A stretch of 64,000 nucleotides of DNA from an uncultured Acidobacteriaceae bacterium (lineage in GTDB: Bacteria > Acidobacteriota > Terriglobia > Terriglobales > Acidobacteriaceae). A program made the position numbers and the translations under genes. The notes beneath the pieces are model-generated. The model was not told the DNA's origin. It saw nothing but the letters and a program-made list of their open reading frames with translations, and searched no databases. The DNA is taken from NCBI GenBank assembly GCA_963851155.1, contig CAWKNV010000005.1, positions 466,136 through 530,135 on the forward strand, given 5' to 3'. Positions within the stretch are counted from its first letter, which is position 1. Every line of letters begins with the position of its first letter. Of the stretch, positions 12,732-25,625 are shown piece by piece.

Positions 12732-13418
12732 ATGGTCCCGTCACAGAAGATCGATCCTTTGCACGACTATCATCGAGCCGTGCAAAATCACTTCCGCCTG
12801 GGCGACATTCTGGCCAATGCGATTACGCATGGCGTAGGCGCGCTGCTTGCGATTGCTGGAGCGGCCTACCTGATCATCGCAAGTACGCGCGGTTCAGCGT
12901 GGGTCGTCGCGAGCTGTTCGATCTTTGCAGCTACGCTCGTGCTCGTGTACCTCTGCTCTACCCTTTATCACTCGCTGGTGCGAACACGCGCGCGGCATGT
13001 CTTTCATGTGCTCGATCACGCGGCCATCTATCTGCTCATTGCAGGAACCTACACCCCATTCACGCTGGTTTCCCTCCGTGGGCCAGTCGGATGGACTCTG
13101 TTTGCGGTCGTCTGGGCTCTCGCGATTGCAGGCGTTATTTTCAAAAGCTTCGCGGTTGACGGGTTTGCGGTGGCGTCCGCGGCCGTCTACCTCTTTCAGG
13201 GATGGGTCGTGGTTTTCGCGGCCCGGCCATTGATGCATGCCATCAGTCCTCAGGGACTTATCTGGCTTGGCGCAGGTGGACTCGCATATACCTTCGGGAT
13301 CGTCTTTTTCGCACTGGATCGTATTCCATACTTCCACGCTGCATGGCATGTGTTCGTGCTGGCCGGAAGCATCGCGCACTACTTTGCCATCCTGTTTTAT
13401 GTCGTTCCACGGGCCTGA
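12732..13418 (+). CDS. Hemolysin III / PAQR family membrane protein
   Basis: ANAITHG, STLYHS, LDHAAIYLLIAGTYTPF, HAAWHVFVL. Confidence 0.92.
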   Translation: MVPSQKIDPLHDYHRAVQNHFRLGDILANAITHGVGALLAIAGAAYLIIASTRGSAWVVASCSIFAATLVLVYLCSTLYHSLVRTRARHVFHVLDHAAIYLLIAGTYTPFTLVSLRGPVGWTLFAVVWALAIAGVIFKSFAVDGFAVASAAVYLFQGWVVVFAARPLMHAISPQGLIWLGAGGLAYTFGIVFFALDRIPYFHAAWHVFVLAGSIAHYFAILFYVVPRA

Positions 13419-13544
13419 GAATGGGCGCGCTGCCTTTTGTACCGCAACAAGCCACCACACATTACTTTTGTGTGGTGCTGGCCATTGGACCTTTGATTTT
13501 TGCTAGATTTCCGATGCTACACTTCGCGTGGAGTGAACGAGAGC

Positions 13545-13913
13545 ATGACACCCGATCCCTATCGCCAAGCCTACGAAAAGGCCGTCGAAGACCTGACGCT
13601 GATTTCCCAGAAGTTCGAACAACTGAGCACCCGCAAGATGCAAGTCGAGAGTCTCCTCACTGCGTTCCAGCCGATACTTGCCAGGTTCGAACACGCAGGT
13701 CAGGAGTCGCTTTCTCACGCGACCGTCGGAATCCCAGAACCCGCACAGCAAGACCCAGCCGATACGCTCGAATCGGCCGAGCCTCCGGGAGGCTATTCCT
13801 TTCTTGATGTCCCCGCGCCGTTGCCTACCGAATCTGACGGCGATCCATTCCAGCGACGTGTGAGGGCGGGAGGTTTCCGCTTCAAGGGGCTTACCGCGCA
13901 ACGCTCCTACTAG
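13545..13913 (+). CDS. Hypothetical protein with N-terminal coiled coil
   Basis: 122-aa ORF (MTPDPYRQAYEKAVEDL...) co-oriented with its neighbours and filling the gap between them. Confidence 0.6.
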   Translation: MTPDPYRQAYEKAVEDLTLISQKFEQLSTRKMQVESLLTAFQPILARFEHAGQESLSHATVGIPEPAQQDPADTLESAEPPGGYSFLDVPAPLPTESDGDPFQRRVRAGGFRFKGLTAQRSY

Positions 13914-14027
13914 CTCTCTGACCACCGCTTTCGAGTTTTGAATCGAGAACTTCACGGTTCGCGGACTATGGCTCGCAGCGACTACAATCGCGTGTCGGCC
14001 AGTTTGTCGGCGTCGAGAAGGTGGCAG

Positions 14028-16808
14028 ATGGAAGCAACGCGCAGAGAGTTTTTGCGAGGATCACTGGGAGCGGCGCTCACCAGCAAGCTCCAGCATGCAG
14101 CGATCTGGCCTGCCTCGGCCGCACGAGGCAACACCTACGGGTCCAGCAATTTCGGCGTATGGATCGAAGACGAATTCGGCCTCCCCGCATTCCAATACAC
14201 ATGCAATCAAACCGCTGACCCAAGAGCGGTTACGCAGGTTCAGTCTGGAGTTTTGACGCCTACGGAACACGTGCACCAGGTCGGTAATGATCGTATTACT
14301 GCGCTAGCGTCAAACTACGGACACGTCCGCGTGCGCCAGGATGAAGGTTGCCCGAAATTCCTGAACGACGTCGATCCTGAAACACACCAGTTCGGCGGCG
14401 GCCTCGGCTACCTCACGGACGGCGAAGTGTCGCTGAACACTTATTGCGACGGAAGCAATGCCGCATTTGAGCGCATCTTTGGCATCGGCTATTACCGCAA
14501 GAGAGTGCGGGGTAGGAAATACTCTGTCGACCAGGTGATTTCGGCGCCTTTCGGCGACGATCCTGTGCTGATTTCACAAGCGACTCTGACCAATCACAGC
14601 AAAGCTGCAGTTACCGTGCGCTGGCTGGAGTATTGGGGATGCCAGCCATATCAGTTCTCGTATCGTGCCGCCATCGAATCGATGGCCGGGATAGGCACCC
14701 AGACCAAGCTCCGCCGTGATCTCGGCAGACGATTCAGCCATCACGTAAAGCGGATCGATGGAAACAAGGGGCTGCTTGAGGCTAAGGATTTCGAAGGGCG
14801 ATCGCCGCAGGAAGAAGCCGCATGGGCGCACGCCAAAGCCATGTTGCGTTCCAACCCCAACGGATTCACCGCGCCGGTCGCGGACCTGAGGCCCGGCACT
14901 GAATTCGAAAGCCTTGATCTGCCCCAGACGTTTCTCGTATCTCTGGACGGTCCAGTGAGCGGATTTGGTTCCGACGCCGCTGCATTTTTCGGCGCCGGTG
15001 GTCCGGCAAATCCCAGCGGCCTGAAGCAGCGCCTCGACAGCGAACTCAACGCCGGCGAAAGACAAGCATGTCTTCTGCTCGAGCGCACTGTGCACTTGGC
15101 TCCGCAACAAAGCCGCACAATCCGTTTTCTGTACGGATATCTTCCTGAAAGTTTTGCTCTCGACACACTCATGGCGAAGTACGAGAAGGCCGCGGGCTCC
15201 GTTTTACCCGAGTCAGGCCGAGCTTGGAAGCAGAAGGGAATGCGCTTCGATGTGCCTGCCGAACCTTGGATAAAGCGCGAGTCGACCTGGAACCACTACT
15301 ACCTTCGCAGCAGCCAGACCTTCGATGATTTCTTTGGCGAGCACATTCTGAACCAGAACGGCTTTTATCAATACACCATGGGATTCCAGGGTGCGCCGCG
15401 CGATCCGTTGCAGCATTGCCTTCCCTTCATCTTCAGCGATCCTGATATTGTGCGCAGCGTCCTGCGTTACACCCTCAAGGAAGTGCGCGACGACGGTTCG
15501 CTTCCGTACGGAATTGTTGGACACGGCGTAGTCGCGCCCATGGCGTCAGACAATGCCAGCGATCTGCCCCTCTGGCTGATGTGGACCGTAAGCGAATATG
15601 TGCTCGCGACACGCGACGTCGGCTTCCTCGACGAAAAAATCCCTGCGCGTCTCTCAGCGACCAAAGACCGCACGGACACCGTCCGCAGCCTGCTCGATCG
15701 TTGCTATCGCCACCAGGTCAACGACGTCGGAGTGGGGCAGCACGGCATCATGCGCATGAAGGTGGACGACTGGAACGACGGGCTTATATATACCTGGGCC
15801 CAGAGAGCTTTTAAGGAATGCATTGAGACCAGCGAGAGCGTCTTAAACTCCGCCATGGCGGCCTGGGTCTTTGACAAGTACGCGCGCATGCTCGACTTCG
15901 CCGGCGACAATGCAAATCTTGCAAAAGAGCTGCGAGCAACCGCAGAAAAACATCGCGAGGCAACCCGTGCGCAATGGAACGGCAGGTGGTTCAAGCGAGT
16001 GTGGCTCGGACCAACGCTCGGCTGGCTCGGAGATTCGACCTTATGGATCGAGCCGCAGCCATGGGCGATACTGGCAGGTGCGACCTCAGAAACGCAGAGC
16101 CGCGAACTCGTGCGGAGCATGAATGGTCTTTTGCGTCGCGGCCCACTCGGAGCAGCCCAGATGAGTGACGGGCCCGACATGCGCGATAAAGGCGGTACGA
16201 ATGTCGGTACCCTGGAACTGGGGGCAATCTGGCCCTCCCTGAATCAGACCCTTGTCTGGGCGCTGATGAAAATCGATCCGGCGATGGCTTGGGAAGAGTG
16301 GAAACGAAACTCGCTCGCGGCGCACGCCGACGCGTATCCGGATATCTGGTACGGCGTATGGAGTGGAAATGACTCGTATAACTCTCCATTGAACAAGTAT
16401 CCGGGCGGAGCCGCCAACGAGCCCTACTTTCACGGCACCGATTTTCCCGCTCTCAATCTCCATTCACATGCCTGCTTCCTTTATTCCGCGAGCAAGCTTC
16501 TGGGGATCGAATTCATGCCGGATGGGCTCAATTTGAACCTGGCACTCCCGCTGGAGTCCTACCGTTTCGACTCACCGCTGGTGGGCGTCGTGAAGTCCAA
16601 AGGAAGCTATGAAGGGTGGTATGCCCCGGCGAGTGCAGGAAACTGGACAATTCGTCTTGCCATCCCAACAGAATCGACGGGCAAGTTTTCCCATGTCGAA
16701 GCGAACGGAAAGCGGCTCCCGATCCAGAACACACCAGATGGGGCGATTGAGATTGCTGGCAGTAGCACACTCGCAACACCGATGCGCTGGGCCCTTTTAA
16801 AGAAATAG
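14028..16808 (+). CDS. GH94/GH36-like (alpha/alpha)6 glycoside hydrolase or phosphorylase with Tat signal
   Basis: MEATRREFLRGSLG (Tat), GAPRDPLQH, SDLPLWL, DDWNDG (GH94-like catalytic motif), ESVLNS, WNGRWFKR, EPQPWAI. Confidence 0.75.
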   Translation: MEATRREFLRGSLGAALTSKLQHAAIWPASAARGNTYGSSNFGVWIEDEFGLPAFQYTCNQTADPRAVTQVQSGVLTPTEHVHQVGNDRITALASNYGHVRVRQDEGCPKFLNDVDPETHQFGGGLGYLTDGEVSLNTYCDGSNAAFERIFGIGYYRKRVRGRKYSVDQVISAPFGDDPVLISQATLTNHSKAAVTVRWLEYWGCQPYQFSYRAAIESMAGIGTQTKLRRDLGRRFSHHVKRIDGNKGLLEAKDFEGRSPQEEAAWAHAKAMLRSNPNGFTAPVADLRPGTEFESLDLPQTFLVSLDGPVSGFGSDAAAFFGAGGPANPSGLKQRLDSELNAGERQACLLLERTVHLAPQQSRTIRFLYGYLPESFALDTLMAKYEKAAGSVLPESGRAWKQKGMRFDVPAEPWIKRESTWNHYYLRSSQTFDDFFGEHILNQNGFYQYTMGFQGAPRDPLQHCLPFIFSDPDIVRSVLRYTLKEVRDDGSLPYGIVGHGVVAPMASDNASDLPLWLMWTVSEYVLATRDVGFLDEKIPARLSATKDRTDTVRSLLDRCYRHQVNDVGVGQHGIMRMKVDDWNDGLIYTWAQRAFKECIETSESVLNSAMAAWVFDKYARMLDFAGDNANLAKELRATAEKHREATRAQWNGRWFKRVWLGPTLGWLGDSTLWIEPQPWAILAGATSETQSRELVRSMNGLLRRGPLGAAQMSDGPDMRDKGGTNVGTLELGAIWPSLNQTLVWALMKIDPAMAWEEWKRNSLAAHADAYPDIWYGVWSGNDSYNSPLNKYPGGAANEPYFHGTDFPALNLHSHACFLYSASKLLGIEFMPDGLNLNLALPLESYRFDSPLVGVVKSKGSYEGWYAPASAGNWTIRLAIPTESTGKFSHVEANGKRLPIQNTPDGAIEIAGSSTLATPMRWALLKK

Positions 16809-16996
16809 AAGTCTGAATTGCAATCGGGGACTTGAGGCGAGTTTCGCGTCTAAAGTGCTGATTTGCTGCGTTATAGCTTTTGACGCGAACGTCAAGACTT
16901 TCGCGGATCCTTTTCCGCAAAATGTCCCTTCGGAAGAGAACAGCTCTGAAGAAGAGAAGTCCAAACGCCACACCCTGCGAATCCCCGAAGCTCGCA

Positions 16997-17025
16997 TTGA
17001 CCCCGCCCCGCAAACCCGGTAAACT
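16997..17025 (+). promoter_or_regulatory. Sigma70-type promoter of rplU-rpmA
   Basis: TTGACC-17 nt-TAAACT, ~160 nt upstream of rplU. Confidence 0.7.
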
Positions 17026-17183
17026 ACTCTAGTTTGGCGATTCCTGCCTGTCGCCGCGGAGCCAACCGCTCGCCCACGGGTTTTTCGGCGCTCGAGCGTA
17101 CCGCGGACTGGAAGTTTCCGCCCGAATTCTTTTTATTTCTTAGAGCAGATCCCGCTGCGGTGTGATCACGCTCTGGAGGGTTT

Positions 17184-17513
17184 ATGTTTGCGGTCATCCG
17201 TACCGGTGGAAAGCAGTATCGGGTCGCGCCAGGCGACGTCGTCAAGATCGAGTCTGTCGCTTCTGACAGCAGTACTCTTGAATTCAGCGACGTTCTCGCC
17301 TTTAGCGGCGAAACGGGAAGCGTCGCCAAGCCTTCAGCTGCCAAAGTGACGGCCGAAGTGGTCGGACAAGGCCGCGGCGACAAGATCCTCGTCTTCCACC
17401 TGAAGAGGAAGAAGCAGTACAAGAAAATGCAGGGTCACCGGCAGAATTTTACCGAGGTGCGCATCAACTCGATCGAAGCCGATGGCGTTACCTACACCGC
17501 AGAGAAGAAGTAA
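17184..17513 (+). CDS. rplU: 50S ribosomal protein L21
   Basis: MFAVIRTGGKQYRV...GHRQNFT. Confidence 0.98.
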   Translation: MFAVIRTGGKQYRVAPGDVVKIESVASDSSTLEFSDVLAFSGETGSVAKPSAAKVTAEVVGQGRGDKILVFHLKRKKQYKKMQGHRQNFTEVRINSIEADGVTYTAEKK

Positions 17514-17546
17514 GCGGACCAAAAGATCTAGAAGGGGAACAAGGCA

Positions 17547-17810
17547 ATGGCACACAAAAAGGGTGGAGGCAGCTCCACAAACGGACGCGATTCCAATGCT
17601 CAGCGGCTGGGCGTGAAGGCCTTTGGCGGGCAGCTCGTTACTGGTGGATCGATCATCATGCGCCAGCGCGGCACGAAGATCAAGCCCGGCGTCAACGTCG
17701 GCATCGGCTCAGACGACACCCTCTTCGCGAAGGTTACCGGTCGCGTGAAGTTCACCGACCATGGCAATCGCGGGCGCTTTGCCTCGGTCGAGCCTGTCGC
17801 AGCTGAATAG
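17547..17810 (+). CDS. rpmA: 50S ribosomal protein L27
   Basis: [24 protein letters not shown]. Confidence 0.99.
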   Translation: MAHKKGGGSSTNGRDSNAQRLGVKAFGGQLVTGGSIIMRQRGTKIKPGVNVGIGSDDTLFAKVTGRVKFTDHGNRGRFASVEPVAAE

Positions 17811-17825
17811 CATCAACCTCAATAC

Positions 17826-17860
17826 CAAAGGCCGCAGAAGACCGCGGCCTTTGTGTTTTC
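17826..17860 (+). terminator. Intrinsic terminator after rpmA
   Basis: CAAAGGCCGC...GCGGCCTTTG followed by TGTTTT. Confidence 0.75.
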
Positions 17861-18557
17861 CTGAGAACAGCTCTAAGTCAGGATTTGCGGCTCCAGTATT
17901 CAATTGATGAACGAATCCAACTTCGGCATTCCGGATTGTGATCCTGCAAACGACGCCGTGTAGCGGTAAATCGGATTGATCATCGACAACGTCTGACTCA
18001 CGAAGATCGCTGGGTGAGAGGCCACGCCCTTTCGCAGAACGCAGCGCGGCAACGGTTCAACGTGATATGGCGAGACCCTCGCCCAGGTTGGGATTCTCAC
18101 GTAAGAACTCCTCGAGCCGCCACTCATACTCCAGAAGCTTTGTGAAGTCTCTGTCAGGGTCGAGTTTCCATGTCGCCCGTTGCCTGGCCTTCGCAACCAT
18201 CATCGAGTGCCTAAGTCAGAGCATCCTGCAGGCTCTGCATCATCCGTTCCAGGTCGAACTGGCAGCCATGGACCAGATATCGCGATCAGACGAGAAACGA
18301 GGCGGCTTTTGCTCGATTCTTCAGCGACGTCTACGCCTGCACGGCCGCACGGCCGGCTAGGATCACATCCAAACCATGGGGTGGCTATCGCGATAAAGAC
18401 AGCGACTTTTTGCGAATATCGCGGCTGGATGCCGTGATGGGGGCATTCATTCATAGATGAGGCACTGATGGCGGGGGGATCGATTCCGTGCGAACAAGTG
18501 AGTTATGGAGTTCGCCTGCCTTTTTTGAGGCGACTTTTCATCCGCGTGGCTTCCACG

Positions 18558-18598
18558 AAAAGACCGGACCGAACCCAAAGGCTCGGTCCCGGTCTTTT
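18558..18598 (-). terminator. Hairpin terminator after the membrane-protein gene
   Basis: AAAAGACCGG...CCGGTCTTTT just downstream of the stop at 18616. Confidence 0.65.
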
Positions 18599-18615
18599 CG
18601 CGAATTCGAACTGGT

Positions 18616-19495
18616 CTACGATTTCGATTCGTTGCCCCGCAGATTACGCGTTAACACCTTCTCGACCACACGCTCTACATCGGTGAGGAAGAAGCCATTC
18701 GCTGGCTGCTGTACCGCAACTTTTGTGCCATGGCCTAGTGCCGAAGCAATTTCGTTCCACCGATAGATGGTGGAATTCGCCGGCATTACCACCGGCTTGC
18801 GCACACGCTCCGGCATCGCGCAATAGGCGATCCACGTGCACAGAGTCACTAGAATGACGCTCTCGTAAGCAAACTGTACCGGAGCATTCAGAGAAGGATT
18901 TGACGGCCCTGCGAGTGCAGCAACGATGAAGTCGTTGGCGGACATCAGTCCAAAACCAATACCAAAACCAAAGACAATGTCCCTGGCCGAAAGCTGAAGA
19001 GCATTCAGACACAAGCAGAGAAAAGCCAACAGACACAACTCAAGGATGCTCACGGAGCGCATAAGTGCAAGTGCAATGTCCGGGATGAGCATCGCGTTCA
19101 AATGTGCGTAACGAAACGATGCCGAGGCTCGCGACAGCCGAGACCAGGGCAACCCAGCGGAAGACGATCAGTTCCCAGCCGCTTCAAACCTGAAAACGCC
19201 GAAAGCACCGAGCGGAAGATTTCAAGTGTGACAAAGAAGAGTGTGATCGCGCTGGCGATATACACCGCCCAGTAAGGGATAGAAGTAGAAGCGGAAAATA
19301 CTGATGGCCCCAAGGTCGAGCTGCAGATATAGAAGACCCAATAAAACGGGCATCGAGCCCACGCGCAATACGAGATAAATGTTTAATGCGGGGAAATCGC
19401 TTATGCAGCCCCTTCTTCCAAAACAGGAAGCCAAGCGTTGCCCAAAGCGCGAATTCAACCACGCTCATCGCCGACATCCAAAAATCCAAAGGCAT
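18616..19495 (-). CDS. Multi-pass (~7 TM) membrane protein of unknown function with cytoplasmic tail; several frameshifts
   Basis: Overlapping hydrophobic ORFs (19184-19495, 19222-19458, 19098-19313, 18616-19152) stitch into ~290 aa ending ...IYRWNEIASALG...FLTDVERVVEKVLTRNL. Confidence 0.7.
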
Positions 19496-19604
19496 ACAAA
19501 GGCCTTTCTATCCTGAGGGTCCTCTCAGAATAGCCTCTGCAACCTTTGGAATCAAATGAAAACACGAACCCAGCCGTGTAGCACTTAGGTGCTAGTAACG
19601 CCTT

Positions 19605-19781
19605 TTAGTTACTTTGTGGTGCTGGTGCAACCCATGCCCGGGCCGCATGAACCGGAACCGGCAGTCCGGCGGTGGCGGATTGGTGACTCGAAAGCATGTG
19701 CTTTGGGCTCGAAGAAACGGAGGCAGCAGCGGCACCGGCGACGACCAAGGACAGGACAAAAACGCGGAAGGCGAGTTTCAT
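19605..19781 (-). CDS. Small secreted peptide (58 aa as read; ~57 aa with C-terminal CGPGMGC if one base is restored)
   Basis: RBS GAGGGG, then MKLAFRVFVLSLVVAGAAAASVSSSPKHMLSSHQSATAGLPVP... It has a classic signal peptide and is too short for the ORF track. Confidence 0.75.
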   Translation of the reverse strand: MKLAFRVFVLSLVVAGAAAASVSSSPKHMLSSHQSATAGLPVPVHAARAWVAPAPQSN

Positions 19782-20154
19782 ACTTGGTTACCCCTCACAG
19801 AAAAGTCAAATCAAAATGTTGGATTACTAACACTTTTATGGTAATGCAAATCTGGAACTAAGTCCATCTTTTTCAACTACATCGAAAGTATCGCAGAGGT
19901 AAGTGACAAAAGTAACACCAGTCTTCGGTAATCTACCCCGAAGTACTCAATTTGGTTACTACCTCAGCGCGCACGTAATAGGTCTTTCCGACATGCAATT
20001 TGCACCGCTCTGCATGGTAAAATAACTATACGCAGAGTTCTCTCAAAACCCGCTTGTTTCAAGCAGTTAATCCCCAAAATTGTGGCCTGGACTTATCGTT
20101 CGGACCTGCTCAACTTAAAACCGCCGAAGGCGAAAATTCTGCGAATGGAAAATT

Positions 20155-22750
<2,596 letters not shown>

Positions 22751-22890
22751 GCCTTTCAATACCTACTTTTTCGTTTCCTGCAGTTTTCACGGATTGCCGC
22801 GGGGCGGTATCATCGTTCCCGCGGGATCCTGAAGCCTTCGTTGCTGGTTGCACTGTTCCGAAAATCCCCTAAGGAAAAGGAGTCTGCATC

Positions 22891-23685
22891 ATGAATTTCC
22901 GTCCCAGCTTTGTTCTCTGCGCATCAGCCTCTCTTGCGATCACCCTGTCCTTCGCCGGATGCAAATCCAGTACTACGCCGCCGGCAAACCAGGCCAACTC
23001 GCCAGCAAACTCGCAGCCGGCAGCCGGACAGCCTGGCTCGGGTGAGCCATCGTCAATGCAACCGTCTGCGCCCGCCCAGCCCGGAACACCCGCGAACCAG
23101 CAACAGGCATCCGCACCGGCCCCGCCTCCTCCACCAGCGGTTATTACGCTCCCTGGTGGCACACCCATTCGCGTTCGACTCGATCAGGACCTCGGTTCGA
23201 AGATCTCTCAGCCAGGCGACTCCTTTTCCGCAACCGTTGCCGATGACGTCCTCGTCAATGGCACTGTCGTTATTCCCAAAGAGGCGCGGGCCGATGGCAC
23301 CGTCATTGACGCCAAGCCTCTGGGAAAGTTCAAGGGGGGCGCCGTACTCGCCATCAAGCTCGAGCGCGTTCATACACGCTGGGGTAGTTATCCTGTCGCC
23401 ACCAGCACCATCGACAGGGCCGAAAAAGGCAAGGGCAAGCGTTCCGCAGCATTTATCGGCGGTGGCGCAGGCCTGGGCGCACTCATCGGTGGAATCGCCG
23501 GAGGCGGTAAAGGTGCGGCCATTGGCGCGCTTGCTGGCGGCGGCGCCGGAACAGCGGGCTCAGCGTTCTCAGGCAACAAACAGATCGTGTTGCCCGCCGA
23601 AACGCTGCTCACTTTCCATCTCGACCACGCCGTTCACATCACGGAGCAGAACCGGCAGGATCAACCGGAATTGCAACCGCGCTAA
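22891..23685 (+). CDS. Lipoprotein with Pro-rich linker and glycine-zipper region
   Basis: Lipobox FAGC, then [22 protein letters not shown]. Confidence 0.8.
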   Translation: MNFRPSFVLCASASLAITLSFAGCKSSTTPPANQANSPANSQPAAGQPGSGEPSSMQPSAPAQPGTPANQQQASAPAPPPPPAVITLPGGTPIRVRLDQDLGSKISQPGDSFSATVADDVLVNGTVVIPKEARADGTVIDAKPLGKFKGGAVLAIKLERVHTRWGSYPVATSTIDRAEKGKGKRSAAFIGGGAGLGALIGGIAGGGKGAAIGALAGGGAGTAGSAFSGNKQIVLPAETLLTFHLDHAVHITEQNRQDQPELQPR

Positions 23686-23710
23686 GGCTGGACGCAATCC
23701 AATCTGCACA

Positions 23711-23744
23711 GAGAGGCGAACTCCCGACTGGGAATTCGCCTCTC
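23711..23744 (+). terminator. Hairpin after the lipoprotein gene
   Basis: GAGAGGCGAA.TCCC...GGGAATTCGCCTCTC inverted repeat. Confidence 0.6.
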
Positions 23745-23833
23745 ATGTTTGGCCCTGGCTCACTTGTTGCTGGTGCAGATCGACCCCACCCTGTGACTCG
23801 ACAGGAAATCCAACGATGGGCTAACTTTGCGGT

Positions 23834-24639
23834 ATGGCTGGTTTGTCGCTTGTATTGGATGGGAAGGTTGCGCTGATCACGGGCGGGTCGCGCGGGATTG
23901 GCGCGGAGACGGTGCGGCTTGTTTGCGGCTGCGGGGGCGCGGGTGGTGTTCAGCTACCGGCAGGCGAAGGAGCAGGCGCTGGCGCTGATGGACGAGTGCG
24001 GGGGGCCGGGGCGGTGTGTTGCGATCGAGCAGGATCTGCGATCGCCGTCGGATGGGACGAGCGCTGGTGGGTGCGGCGGTGAAGGCCTTTGGGCGGCTGG
24101 ATGCGCTGGTGGTGAATCATGGCGTATGGCCAGCCGGAGGATGCGCCGATTGAGCTGATGACCGAGGAGCAGTGGCGGAACACGATGGCCGTGAACCTCG
24201 ATTCGGTGTTCGGGCTGGTGCAGGCGGCGGTGATGCAGATGGAGCTGCAGGGCCCGCCGGCGAAGGGCGACGACGGCAGCGAAAGGGCATATTGTGCTGA
24301 TCAGCTCGACGGCGGGGCAGCGGGGCGAGGCCATGCACGCGGACTATGCCGTGACGAAAGGCGCGCTGATCAGTCTGACAAAGAGCCTGTCGACGGAGCT
24401 GGCGCCGCAGGGGATTATGGTGAATTGCGTGGCTCCGGGGTGGGTGGCGACGGATATGTCGGCGGGAACGCTGGGCGATCCGGCTCTGGGCGCGCGGATT
24501 CGGGCTGGGAATTCCGGTGGGGCGCGTGGCCACGACGACGGAGATTGCGGGGCCGGTGCTGTTTTTGTGTACGCCGTTGGCGGGGTTTATTTCCGGCGAA
24601 GTGGTGAATGTGAATGGGGGAGCGGTGCTGGTTGGGTGA
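23834..24639 (+). CDS. SDR family oxidoreductase (FabG-like); several frameshifts
   Basis: ALITGGSRGIG, VNL, ISSTAG, YAVTKG, VNCVAPGWV, GEVVNVNGG across shifted frames. Confidence 0.85.
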
Positions 24640-24699
24640 CAGGACAGTACAGTGACACAGTGAGTTGGGAACGAGGGTTAGAAAAGGCGCGGAGGACGA

Positions 24700-25525
24700 A
24701 TGAGGAAGGGATTGGCGGCGGGGCTGGCTTTGGGGTTGCTGGCGATGCCGCTGGGAGTGCGGGCGCAGGCGGATGATGCGCGAGCGAAGGCTCCGGCGCA
24801 GGCGATGGATGTCTCCGGAGAGAAGAATGCGGCGCAGGCGCGCGCGGCGATGGATGCGATGGTAAAGGCGCTGGGCGGCGATGCCTGGCTGAACCAGAAG
24901 AACGTAGTGCGCGAGGGGCATATCGCGGCGTTCTTTCACGGCGAGCCCGATGTGGGTACGACGCTGTTCTGGGAATTTCACGTGTGGCCCGATCACGATC
25001 GGATCGAGTACACGAAGCATCGCGATGTGGTGCAGTTTTACGAAGGTCGCAAGGGGATCGAGGTGACCTACCGCGGCGCGAAGCCTCTGCCGCAGGAGCA
25101 GGTGGACGATTTTCTGCGGAGGCGCGACCACTCGATCGAGATGGCGGTGAAGGTGTGGCTGAAGGATCCGAAGACGATCCTGGTGTATGAAGGGCAGCGC
25201 ATGGCGGAGCGGCACATGGCCGACCAGGTGACGATGATCTCGGCGGAGAATGAGGCGATCACGATCCAGATGGATGTGCAGACGCATCTGCCCCTGTCGC
25301 GGAGCTTCCAGTGGCGCGACCCGGTGTACAAGGACAAGAACACGGACGTGGAGGAGTACGCGGACTACCACGACGTGGACGGGTTTCCGACGCGCGTACT
25401 CAATTACGCGCGTGCACAACGGCGACACGGTGCGGCAGTTGTATATAGACAAGGTGCATTACAACCAAGATCTGCCTGCGGGTTTCTGGGATATTAGTGC
25501 GGTGGCGAAGAAGATCAAGAAATAG
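24700..25525 (+). CDS. Secreted hypothetical protein (possible LolA-like fold); frameshift near 25395
   Basis: Signal peptide, ALGG motif, YADYHDVDGFP, with a C-terminal continuation in ORF 25250-25525. Confidence 0.65.
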
Positions 25526-25625
25526 CAGGCAGGCTTTGGACCTCTTTCGCTGCGGTTCAGTCGCTCCGGACGACAGGCTAAGGGGAAGGTCGGCGACGTT
25601 ATAATCCTCAGGGAGCGCGGGTTGG

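Noticed and set aside
25535-25580. CCTCTTTCGCTGCGGTTCAGTCGCTCCGGACGACA as a REP-like element
   Set aside because: The resemblance is weak, it is a single degenerate copy, and it cannot be supported without a genome search.
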